Below are positions 23,828 through 30,938 of a stretch of 37,084 nucleotides of DNA, piece after piece (within the stretch, counting starts at the first letter, position 1; every line of letters begins with the position of its first letter). Below the pieces are notes generated by a model that saw only the letters and a list, made by a program, of their open reading frames with translations, was not told where the DNA came from and searched no databases. Origin of the DNA: a virus. Position numbers and translations under genes: made by a program. The stretch spans positions 1 to 37,084 of the IMG/VR virus record IMGVR_UViG_3300031616_000017; one strand, 5' to 3'.

Positions 23828-24286
23828 ATGACCATCACCCTTGAAGCCATCAAGGCCGAGCAGACGAAGCTCGCCGAGATGATCGCCAGCATCGAAGCGG
23901 CCATGAAAGAACCACGTTTCTTCGAGTATCAGGGCGTCCGCATCCCGCTCGCGGAGGGCGAGCGTTACGTCGGCACAGTCATCAGCGCCGACGCTACCAA
24001 GCGCCACCACACCATCCTGCTGCCCGACGAGGTTGAGAATTCCAACTGGAAGAAGTCGATGGAATGGGCGGCCAGTATCGGCGGTGACCTTCCGGATCGC
24101 GTTGAACAGGCATTGCTATTCGCCACGATGAATGGCCAGTTTAAGGAAGCGGCCTACTGGTCCAACACGCAGCACGCCTCGGGCTCTATCGGCAGCTGGT
24201 GTCAGTACTTCGGCAACGGCACCCAGTACGGCCACTTCAAGAGCGCCGAGCTCCGTGCCCGCGCCGTCCGCCGTCTGGAGATTTAA
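23828..24286 (+). CDS. DUF1566 protein, paralog 2
   Basis: Motifs YWSNTQHASGS...KSAELRARAVRRL. It shares a 33-bp identical tract with paralog 1. Confidence 0.7.
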   Translation: MTITLEAIKAEQTKLAEMIASIEAAMKEPRFFEYQGVRIPLAEGERYVGTVISADATKRHHTILLPDEVENSNWKKSMEWAASIGGDLPDRVEQALLFATMNGQFKEAAYWSNTQHASGSIGSWCQYFGNGTQYGHFKSAELRARAVRRLEI

Positions 24287-24288
24287 CC

Positions 24289-24750
24289 GTGGCCACCAAG
24301 GAAACCATTCTGGCTAGAGTCGTGCGCGAGGGTGATTGCCTTGTGTGGACCGGTCACATCAATCGCAGTGGATACGGCTCGGTTTGGCACAACGGAAAGA
24401 ATCGCGACGTTCACCGGGTCTCGTACGAGCTTCATCACGGCCCGATTCCAGAAGGGATGCATGTCATGCATAAGTGCGACAACAGGCCGTGCATCAACCC
24501 GGAGCATTTAAGGACCGGGACGCGCCACGAAAACATGGTGGATATGTTTCTGAAGGATAGGCAGCGACCTCCGTTCGGAGTTAGCCATTACAACGCGAAA
24601 TTAACGGATGCAATCGCCATAGAAGTTCGTGCTCGATATAAGCCATATGACCGAAAGAATGGATCAATGGCGCTTTCTAGGGAATTCGGGGTATCTCAGG
24701 CGGCGATTCACACCCTGCTTAGAGGTGAGACATGGAAGCGTGCGGCATGA
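24289..24750 (+). CDS. HNH endonuclease (HNH_3 type)
   Basis: GTG start with SD GGAGA. Motifs CLVWTGHINRSGYG, HRVSYELHHGPIPEGMHVMHKCDNRPCINPEHL and GTRHENMVD. Confidence 0.8.
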   Translation: MATKETILARVVREGDCLVWTGHINRSGYGSVWHNGKNRDVHRVSYELHHGPIPEGMHVMHKCDNRPCINPEHLRTGTRHENMVDMFLKDRQRPPFGVSHYNAKLTDAIAIEVRARYKPYDRKNGSMALSREFGVSQAAIHTLLRGETWKRAA

Positions 24751-24848
24751 GCCACCACGACCGCGCCCAGTTGGCCAACGCGCTGCGCCGTCGCGGGCAT
24801 TCCATCAAGAGTGACCTTACCAAGACTTTCCGGAGGAAAGCAGCATGA
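24747..24848 (+). CDS. Small basic hypothetical protein (33 aa)
   Basis: ATGA-coupled on both sides. Read by hand. Confidence 0.35.
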   Translation: MSHHDRAQLANALRRRGHSIKSDLTKTFRRKAA

Positions 24849-25189
24849 TCCACCAACAACCAGCGCAGCCAGGTTCGTTCAAACACATGATCGGCAACCT
24901 GATCGGAGCCGCGCCGACATCGCCCAGCAACTCACAGCGCAATCGCGCAACGAACAATCCGGCGTGGCGGATCTCCTGCCAGATGAGCAATGTCGCATCG
25001 TTTTCCGTCAGCCGAGCGGCCATCGTCAAGGCGATCTCTGATAACGGGCCGCTTTCCCGGGTTGAGATTGTCGAGCTGGCCAGCGTCTCGATTTGCACGG
25101 CGGCCAAGCATCTCAAACTCATGAAGGCAACCGGCGAAATCAGGAATTTCGGCACTGAGACGCGGCCACGGTGGGGGTTGTGCGCATGA
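24845..25189 (+). CDS. Winged-helix DNA-binding protein (114 aa; N-terminal part low complexity)
   Basis: The C-terminus is AIVKAISDNGPLSRVEIVELASVSICTAAKHLKLMKATGEIRNFG. ATGA-coupled start. Confidence 0.5.
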   Translation: MIHQQPAQPGSFKHMIGNLIGAAPTSPSNSQRNRATNNPAWRISCQMSNVASFSVSRAAIVKAISDNGPLSRVEIVELASVSICTAAKHLKLMKATGEIRNFGTETRPRWGLCA

Positions 25190-25204
25190 CTATCTATCGC
25201 TGGC

Positions 25205-25417
25205 GTGAGCGGAGCCGCGGTTTGTGACCCTCAACCACCAGCGGGATTTACTCTTTGCGCTTGCATGGGGCCGATGTACGGGGAACCGCACTGCCTATGC
25301 AAAATGCAACAGCAAGGGCTGAAACTGAACGAAGAAGCCCGCGCCGACGATCACGCGAGAGCGAAAGATCAATGGGCGAAGTTCATGGAGCGCGGCGGTT
25401 TTGCTACGGAGAAATGA
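25205..25417 (+). CDS. Small CxC...CxC protein (start uncertain)
   Basis: The motif is CACMGPMYGEPHCLCKM. The stop is ATGA-coupled to the next gene. Confidence 0.45.
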   Translation: MSGAAVCDPQPPAGFTLCACMGPMYGEPHCLCKMQQQGLKLNEEARADDHARAKDQWAKFMERGGFATEK

Positions 25418-25656
25418 CTGTGCTGAATAAATACCAACGCTGGCTCAAAGCTGCGTTCATTTACTACTGGGGCCTCGGCGAAGACGCCGGGATGAGCGAC
25501 TACGAGTGGGACATGCTCTCGCGCAAGTTCTACGCCGAGCGCGACAAGATGACCCTGCCAGAGCACGCGCCACTGCACCGCGAGGAATTCACTGGTGGGA
25601 GCTTGTTCTGGCTGCCGAAGGATGAGTACCCGGCTTTTGTGCGCGCTAACGACTGA
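25414..25656 (+). CDS. Hypothetical protein (80 aa)
   Basis: Starts MTVLNKYQRWLKAAFIYYWG...MSDYEWDML. Its 3' end overlaps the outermost attC box. Confidence 0.55.
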   Translation: MTVLNKYQRWLKAAFIYYWGLGEDAGMSDYEWDMLSRKFYAERDKMTLPEHAPLHREEFTGGSLFWLPKDEYPAFVRAND

Positions 25657-25702
25657 GTTGTGGGGCGCCCGCAGGGCGTCCCGCACGAACGACGGGTTAG
25701 CC
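25644..25702 (-). other. attC-like site A (outermost)
   Basis: The plus strand reads CGCTAAC-gactg-agt/tgt/ggg/gcgccc-gca-gggcg[T]ccc[G]cac[G]aac-gacgg-GTTAGCC. All bulges are on the plus-strand 3' arm. Confidence 0.7.
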
Positions 25703-25743
25703 GGCTACCCGCTACGAAGCCCGGCAAAACTGGAGAAACACAG

Positions 25744-25914
25744 ATGACAACCACCGTAACCATTGCCGCCCACCTCTCGGCCGAAAAGGAAGTGCGCGTG
25801 AAACTGACCGACAACGGCAGCACGACCGAGGAATTCGCCTTGCAGGATGGCGAGAAAGCTGAGCGCTACGTCTATGACGGCCGCGAAATCAGCGTGCAGG
25901 AAGTGGTGAAGTAA
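25744..25914 (+). CDS. Cassette ORF, hypothetical (56 aa)
   Basis: SD TGGAGAA. The sequence starts MTTTVTIAAHLSAEKEVRVKL.... Confidence 0.5.
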   Translation: MTTTVTIAAHLSAEKEVRVKLTDNGSTTEEFALQDGEKAERYVYDGREISVQEVVK

Positions 25915-25916
25915 CC

Positions 25917-26081
25917 ATGCAGTCCTTTTGCTGGTGGTGCGGGAAGAAGCTGCAACTTCCGTTTTACACGGTGGTGATGGATCAACTCGGCCATCGGCAG
26001 AAGATTCACAAGTGCTGCAAGGCTGACGCAGAAAAAGAGATTCGCCCGGCGACGGCACAGCCCAAGCCGGCTAACGCTTGA
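25917..26081 (+). CDS. Cassette ORF, small zinc-finger-like protein (54 aa)
   Basis: The sequence is MQSFCWWCGKKL...HKCCKAD. Read by hand. Its stop lies just after the CTAAC box of site E. Confidence 0.45.
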   Translation: MQSFCWWCGKKLQLPFYTVVMDQLGHRQKIHKCCKADAEKEIRPATAQPKPANA

Positions 26082-26158
26082 GCTATCCGGCAGCGGCGCA
26101 CCGCGCTTGCTGCTACCAAAAGACTTATTACGCTGTCCGGTTGAGCGATTGGTTCGAC
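26069..26158 (-). other. attC-like site E (degenerate)
   Basis: GGCTAACGC ... tccggttgagcgattgGTTCGAC. The right arm is ~75% identical to that of site C, but the stem has a 3x3 internal loop. Confidence 0.45.
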
Positions 26159-26180
26159 GGATACAGAGAAAGGAAACAGC

Positions 26181-26435
26181 ATGGGAACGCTAGAAAGCAT
26201 AAAAGTGAAGCTCATCCAGCAGGGCTACAGCGGGTTGTATTGCGACGGAGAATGCGGATGCGTTGTTGATGATCTCGCGCCGTGCGGCGAATGCGAACAG
26301 GACGATGAAGGATGGATAAACCACTGCGAGCCGGGACACAAGCACATCGACCCGCGCAACGGAGAATTTATCATCAGTCCGCGCAGTACGCCGCCGACGC
26401 CGGAAGAATTCGATCGTGCGTTTGCAAACTGCTGA
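26181..26435 (+). CDS. Cassette ORF, Cys-rich hypothetical protein (84 aa)
   Basis: SD AAAGGAAAC. The motif is YCDGECGCVVDDLAPCGECE. Confidence 0.55.
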   Translation: MGTLESIKVKLIQQGYSGLYCDGECGCVVDDLAPCGECEQDDEGWINHCEPGHKHIDPRNGEFIISPRSTPPTPEEFDRAFANC

Positions 26436-26441
26436 CCTGAC

Positions 26442-26529
26442 GCCGAACGCAGAAATCAGCCCGCCGCGCGAGGCGGCAAACGAAACACCACAAGATTAAC
26501 CCGGTCGCGGCTGGATTGACGGGTTAGGC
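26442..26529 (-). other. attC-like site B
   Basis: GCCGAAC-gcaga-AATCAGCC ... GGCT[G]GATT-gacgg-GTTAGGC. It has 5-nt unpaired spacers, an extrahelical G on the plus 3' arm and a 47-nt variable centre. Confidence 0.7.
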
Positions 26530-26552
26530 ACTTTTGAAGAGAGGAAACAACG

Positions 26553-26873
26553 ATGAAACAGCAACAAACACTGATGCGGTTTGACCCGGCCACTGGCGAC
26601 AGTACCCCGTACCCGTCCCACGCAGCCCAATGGCGCGAGTTCAACGGAGAAATGGCATGGCTGTTCAACCCGTGGAATGGCGAGCGCCGCCATGCAGGCG
26701 ACGTTGGCAGCGACCGGTTCGGGCATTTAATTCTGCCACCAGGCGAACCGGTCTATGCCGAAGCGAAACCCGTGGCGTATTACGACCCGAAAGCGGAGAC
26801 GTTCATGTTCCCGCCGAAGGATGGCGCACGTCCGTTTGCGAAAGCATGGAAGCCGCTGTACGCAGGTGCCTAA
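26553..26873 (+). CDS. Cassette ORF, conserved-looking hypothetical protein (106 aa)
   Basis: SD AGAGGAAAC. The motif is WLFNPWNGERRHAGDVGSDRFGHLI. Its stop TAA lies inside the GCCTAAC box of site C. Confidence 0.6.
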   Translation: MKQQQTLMRFDPATGDSTPYPSHAAQWREFNGEMAWLFNPWNGERRHAGDVGSDRFGHLILPPGEPVYAEAKPVAYYDPKAETFMFPPKDGARPFAKAWKPLYAGA

Positions 26874-26924
26874 CGCACTAGCTCAGGGGCCGCGCAGCGG
26901 TCCCGCTGGAGCGATGGGTTAGCA
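26868..26924 (-). other. attC-like site C
   Basis: GCCTAAC-gcacta-gct/cag/ggg/ccgc-gca-gcgg[T]ccc[G]ctg[G]agc-gatgg-GTTAGCA. Confidence 0.75.
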
Positions 26925-26943
26925 GGCACTGGTAGAGGAAACC

Positions 26944-27696
26944 ATGAATTACGTAATTTCGGCGAGCTACGGGAACGACAGCATGGCGATGCTGAAATGG
27001 GCGCGCGAACACGGCCTGCAAGGCGTGACGGTGGCCTATTGCGATACCGGATGGGCTGCGCCCGGATGGGAAACGCGGGTTGCAGAAGGCGAAGCGCTGG
27101 CCGCGAGCCTTGGGTTTGAAACCGTTCAACTGGAAAGCATGGGCATGGAAGCGCTTGTGCGAATGAAAAAAGGCTTTCCCGGCAACGGACAGCAGTTCTG
27201 TACCGCGTGGCTGAAAGGCATCCCGTTTTTGCAATGGATCGACGAGGCCGACCCGGAGCGCGAAGCCGTTGTGATGATTGGCAAGCGCCGCGCTGAAAGC
27301 GAAGACCGGAAGGAAACGCCGGAATGGGTACAGAAAAGCGAGTACCACGGCGAGCGCAAGGTGTGGCACCCGCTGTACTTGCACAGCGAGCGCGAGCGCG
27401 ACGAACTGCTGATGCGGGCAGGCGTTGCGAAGTTGCCGCACAGAAGCGACGAATGTAGCCCTTGCGTGAATGCCAACAGATTGGATTTGCGCCGGCTGTC
27501 TGGTAGGCAGATTGGACGGACTGCCGCGCTTGAAACCGAAACGGGGCAGCCTATGTTCAGAGCCGCAAAGCACGGCGGGGCGAAAGGGATTGAGCAGGCA
27601 ATTCACTGGGCTAAATATTCGCCGGGCCAGTACAAGCCCGGAATGGATGACCTGTTTGAAGTTGGGTGCGGCTCACCGTTCGGGTGCGGACTGTGA
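26944..27696 (+). CDS. PAPS-reductase-family (PP-loop ATP pyrophosphatase) protein
   Basis: The PP-loop variant is SASYGNDS. Other motifs are KRRAES and the Cys motif ECSPC. 250 aa. Confidence 0.7.
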   Translation: MNYVISASYGNDSMAMLKWAREHGLQGVTVAYCDTGWAAPGWETRVAEGEALAASLGFETVQLESMGMEALVRMKKGFPGNGQQFCTAWLKGIPFLQWIDEADPEREAVVMIGKRRAESEDRKETPEWVQKSEYHGERKVWHPLYLHSERERDELLMRAGVAKLPHRSDECSPCVNANRLDLRRLSGRQIGRTAALETETGQPMFRAAKHGGAKGIEQAIHWAKYSPGQYKPGMDDLFEVGCGSPFGCGL

Positions 27697-27697
27697 C

Positions 27698-27787
27698 TGC
27701 TAACGCTGAAGTGAGGGGTGCCGCGCAATGAAAACAGAAGAGACAACCGCCGCTTGTTCGGCATCCCGCTCGACTGCCGGGTTAGGG
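27698..27787 (-). other. attC-like site D (large variable loop)
   Basis: TGCTAAC-gctga-agt/gag/ggg/tgcc-(37-nt loop)-ggca[T]ccc[G]ctc[G]act-gccgg-GTTAGGG. The lar ATG (27728) lies in the loop. Confidence 0.75.
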
Positions 27788-28051
27788 GCGGAAGAGTTTG
27801 AGGACAGTGTTTTTGACCCTTCTCCCTGCCCGTGCTGCGGAGACGATGCCGCGTTTTGTGTTGTTGATGATGACGGACTTATCGACGGCAGAGCAGGCGG
27901 CTGGTTTATTGAGTGCAACAACCCGATGTGCGGCATTACGACGCAACTTGTCTTTGCCACCGGAGACGACCCGCGAACCAGATTGCTTGAGGTTTGGAAC
28001 AAGCGAGCCCCTAACGGCGAAGTTCAGCGGCCTGCCGCGAAAGGAGAATGA
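27728..28051 (+). CDS. lar: Lar-family restriction alleviation protein
   Basis: Motifs CPCCGDDAAF...GWFIECNNPMCGITT...LEVWNKRA. There is no in-frame start downstream of attC D. Confidence 0.65.
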   Translation: MKTEETTAACSASRSTAGLGAEEFEDSVFDPSPCPCCGDDAAFCVVDDDGLIDGRAGGWFIECNNPMCGITTQLVFATGDDPRTRLLEVWNKRAPNGEVQRPAAKGE

Positions 28052-28052
28052 G

Positions 28053-28709
28053 ATGGGCAACAACGGTTGTTCGGCAGGTCCGCTGGAACGTGTTGTTATG
28101 CGCCTGGCCGCCCTGTTTGTGCAGCCGGACGGTTGCTACGCTGGCCTGCCAGGTGTTGATGCTTGGCCAGAGCATAGAGACGCGAGACTGTACCGTGGTC
28201 CGCTACCGGTGGTTGCGCACCCGCCTTGCCAGTTGTGGGGCGCCATGGCCGCAGTGAATTACGCGCAATGGGGCGGCGAGCACAACCGGCCTGGGAATGA
28301 CGGCGGATGCTTTGCCGCAGCCTTGGAAAGCGTGAGGCGGTTTGGCGGGGTATTGGAGCACCCGGCGAAAACGAAGGCGTGGAATGCGCACGGTCTGGCA
28401 ACCCCCGAAGCCATTGGCTGGCAACTGACCATCGATGGCGGATGGGTGTGCGAGGTGTGGCAAAGCGCCTACGGCCACAGGGCGAACAAAGCGACATGGC
28501 TCTACTACTGCGGAACGAACCCGCCTTTTGAACTGCGGTGGGAGAGGCCGGCAGGAACGCACCAAATTGGTTTTCACGACCAGCGGGGGAAGGCAGCGAA
28601 CAAGCCGACCCTTGGCAAGAGAGAGGCGAACGCCACGCCTTTGGAATTTCGAGACGAACTGCTGCGCCTGGCGATGATGGCGCATAACTTAAATTCAACG
28701 ACACCCTGA
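28053..28709 (+). CDS. C5-cytosine-methyltransferase-fold protein with a PCQ motif but no clear FxGxG SAM motif or target-recognition domain (218 aa)
   Basis: SD AAGGAG. Motifs HPPCQLWG (motif IV-like), VLEHP (ENV-like) and QSAYGHRANKATWLY (motif VIII-like). Confidence 0.45.
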   Translation: MGNNGCSAGPLERVVMRLAALFVQPDGCYAGLPGVDAWPEHRDARLYRGPLPVVAHPPCQLWGAMAAVNYAQWGGEHNRPGNDGGCFAAALESVRRFGGVLEHPAKTKAWNAHGLATPEAIGWQLTIDGGWVCEVWQSAYGHRANKATWLYYCGTNPPFELRWERPAGTHQIGFHDQRGKAANKPTLGKREANATPLEFRDELLRLAMMAHNLNSTTP

Positions 28710-28769
28710 CGTCGCGTTAACGCCTCGCCATGTCGCTTAATAAACCCACGAACCAACGGAGGCCGCATC
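28710..28769 (-). other. Candidate attI (crossover at GTTAAC 28716-28721)
   Basis: The box cgTTAACGC shares the xTAACGC consensus of all attC left boxes. It sits between the first cassette and the intI start. Confidence 0.4.
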
Positions 28770-29792
28770 ATGTATGAAACCGCAGAACAAAACGCGACAT
28801 CCTCGCTCGTGAAAAGCGACATGGCGCCAGCGAAGCCGCTCAAACTGCTCGACCAGGTGCGCAACCGCATCTGCGTCAAGCACTACAGCCGCAGCACAGA
28901 AAAGACCTACCTCTACTGGATCAGGTTTTATATTCATTTTCACCACATCAAGCACCCGCAAGAGATGGGCGCCGTCGAAGTCGAGGCATTCCTCTCGCAC
29001 CTGGCCACCGTCCGAGAAGTCGCCTCCGGAACGCAGAACCAGGCCATGCACGCCATCCTGTTTTTGTACAAGGAAGTGCTCGGCATCGAATTACCCTGGC
29101 TGAACAGCATCACCAAAGCCAAGCCATCGCAGCGCCTGCCGACCGTGCTCACGCAGTCCGAAGCGCAAGCCCTGCTCAAGCACACCAGCGGCCTGCCCGG
29201 CCTCGTTGTCCGCCTGCTCTACGGCACCGGGATGCGCCTCATGGAAGGCCTGCGCCTGCGCGTCAAGGACATTGACTTCGAGCGCCGGCAAATCACCATC
29301 CGCGCCGGCAAAGGCGATAAGGACCGCGTCACCATGCTTCCCGACTCGCTGATCGAACCGCTACAGGCCCGACTCGCTGATCGCCGCAAGATGCACGACA
29401 TCGACCTCGCGCGCGGCTACGCCGACGTCGAACTTCCGCACGCGCTCGAGCGCAAGTACAAAAACGCCGGCAAGGAATTCGGCTGGCAGTACGTGTTCGC
29501 CGCCGCCGACTACTCGACCGACCCGCGCACCGGCGTCATCCGCCGGCACCACATCCACGAAAAAACCATCCAGCGCCACGTCAAACAGGCCGCGAAGCGC
29601 GCCGGCATCATGAAACCGACGCACCCGCACACCCTGCGCCACAGCTTCGCCACGCATCTGCTGGAGGCCGGCTACGACATCCGCACCGTGCAGGAGCTGC
29701 TCGGCCATTCCGACGTATCGACCACGATGATTTATACCCACGTCCTCAACCGCGGCGGGCGCGGCGTCGTCAGCCCGCTGGATCGCAGCTGA
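28770..29792 (+). CDS. intI: Integron integrase (IntI-type tyrosine recombinase)
   Basis: SD GGAGG. The IntI-specific insertion is [40 protein letters not shown]. Catalytic motifs are [26 protein letters not shown] and [15 protein letters not shown]. From memory, roughly half the residues match IntI1. Confidence 0.9.
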   Translation: MYETAEQNATSSLVKSDMAPAKPLKLLDQVRNRICVKHYSRSTEKTYLYWIRFYIHFHHIKHPQEMGAVEVEAFLSHLATVREVASGTQNQAMHAILFLYKEVLGIELPWLNSITKAKPSQRLPTVLTQSEAQALLKHTSGLPGLVVRLLYGTGMRLMEGLRLRVKDIDFERRQITIRAGKGDKDRVTMLPDSLIEPLQARLADRRKMHDIDLARGYADVELPHALERKYKNAGKEFGWQYVFAAADYSTDPRTGVIRRHHIHEKTIQRHVKQAAKRAGIMKPTHPHTLRHSFATHLLEAGYDIRTVQELLGHSDVSTTMIYTHVLNRGGRGVVSPLDRS

Positions 29793-29806
29793 TTTTCGGT
29801 GTCAAA

Positions 29807-30001
29807 ATGACCTACCTGCACAAAAAAGAACTGATCGCCCTAAGCAATGCCAAGCAGAAGCGCACCCTGCTCAACTGGCTCGCCGAGCTCGGTATCAAGC
29901 ACATCCCCGACGCAGACGGATGGCCCGTGGTAGCTGAATCGGCGATCCGTGCCAAACTGGGCGAATCGCCAAAACGCGAACCGAGGATCAACTTTGCGTA
30001 A
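29807..30001 (+). CDS. DUF4224-like small protein, probable excisionase/recombination directionality factor
   Basis: LHKKELIALSNAKQKRTLLNWLAELGIKHIPDADGWPVV fits the DUF4224 pattern. It lies directly upstream of int. Confidence 0.55.
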   Translation: MTYLHKKELIALSNAKQKRTLLNWLAELGIKHIPDADGWPVVAESAIRAKLGESPKREPRINFA

Positions 30002-30938
30002 ATTTCCGGCCCGCCTGCACGAAAAACACGGCGGCTACTACTACGTCCACAAGAACAAATGGCGCCTGCTGAGTCGCGACTACGGCGAGGCCTTGCGCCT
30101 GTATGCCGACCTGATCGCCCCGAAGCGCGCCGGCAGCGTGCCGGATCTGATTGATCGCGGCATCGAGCGCAAGGCGCTGGCCGCCAATACAAAAAAAGCC
30201 TACCGGATCGCGGCCGGAAAACTCAAGATCGCCTTCGAGGCATTCGACGCCGAAGATTTCCGGCCGACACATTTTTACCAATGGATTACCGCAAAGAAGA
30301 TCACCGGCAGCATGGCGCAGCTCTACCGCTCGGTGATGGTCGCAGCCATGGCGCTGGGGATCGAGGAAGGGTTGATCGACATCAATCCGATGCGCGAGGT
30401 GCGCCAGTGGCGCGGCGGCCAGCGCGACCGCTACCTGACCGATGCTGAATACATCGCCATCCGCGAAAAGGCCAATCCGGTGCTGCAGGCGATCATCACT
30501 ATTAGCCTGCAGACCGGCCAGCGCATCGGCGACGTGCTCAAAATCACCTACGCCGACATCTCAGACGCCGGACTCTACGTCCAGCAGGAAAAAACAGACG
30601 AGAAACTGCGCCTAGCCTGGACGCCCGACCTGCGCGAAGCGATCAAGCAAGCCAAGGCCGTGCACACCAGCCTCAAGGGCATGACCCTGTTCAGCACCCG
30701 GCAAGGGAAACCGCTGCCCTACAGCACCGTTCGCGGCTGGTGGCTGAAAGCCACGGCGCTGGCCGGCATCGAAAACGGCAACATGCACGACATCCGCGCC
30801 AAGGCCGCCACCGACGCCGACGAGCAGGGCCTCGACTCACAAGCCCTGCTCGGACATCGCAGCGAACAGACCCACCAGCGCTACCTTCGCGGCAAGAAAA
30901 TCAAGGTCGTTCAACCGCTGCCAATGGTAAAACCTTAG
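29949..30938 (+). CDS. int: Phage integrase (lambda-type tyrosine recombinase); the likely true start is TTG 29994
   Basis: Motifs GGYYYV, TGQRIGDVL, HDIRAKAATD and LLGHRSEQTHQRYLR. SD GAGGA lies 5 nt before the TTG at 29994. Confidence 0.85.
   Translation: MPNWANRQNANRGSTLRKFPARLHEKHGGYYYVHKNKWRLLSRDYGEALRLYADLIAPKRAGSVPDLIDRGIERKALAANTKKAYRIAAGKLKIAFEAFDAEDFRPTHFYQWITAKKITGSMAQLYRSVMVAAMALGIEEGLIDINPMREVRQWRGGQRDRYLTDAEYIAIREKANPVLQAIITISLQTGQRIGDVLKITYADISDAGLYVQQEKTDEKLRLAWTPDLREAIKQAKAVHTSLKGMTLFSTRQGKPLPYSTVRGWWLKATALAGIENGNMHDIRAKAATDADEQGLDSQALLGHRSEQTHQRYLRGKKIKVVQPLPMVKP

Larger units (their letters stand above)
25644..29792. mobile_element. Complete integron: five attC-like sites and cassettes, a candidate attI, and intI
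   Basis: See the individual attC, attI and intI features below. Confidence 0.75.

Noticed and set aside
26878-27606. A 242-aa minus-strand ORF in cassette 2 that would have the canonical cassette orientation.
   Set aside because: It is antisense to a clear PAPS-reductase-family ORF. Its sequence is His/Arg/Pro/Phe-rich with no family resemblance.
25644-27787. The alternative reading that the plus strand is the attC top strand (canonical ORF-then-attC cassettes).
   Set aside because: This reading is attractive because stop codons overlap the CTAAC boxes and starts follow the GTTAG boxes by 20-45 nt. Three observations argue against it:
- The extrahelical T/G bases are on the plus-strand 3' arm, which is the bottom-strand signature.
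- intI lies on the side expected for minus-strand-as-top.
- The lar ATG sits inside the loop of attC D, which would split that ORF between two cassettes.

It needs confirmation with a covariance model.
28710-28830. A LexA box (CTGT-N8-ACAG) at the intI promoter, as in many integrons.
   Set aside because: No such motif is seen in the 60 bp upstream of intI or in its first codons. Control is more likely by read-through from the CI-regulated promoter.
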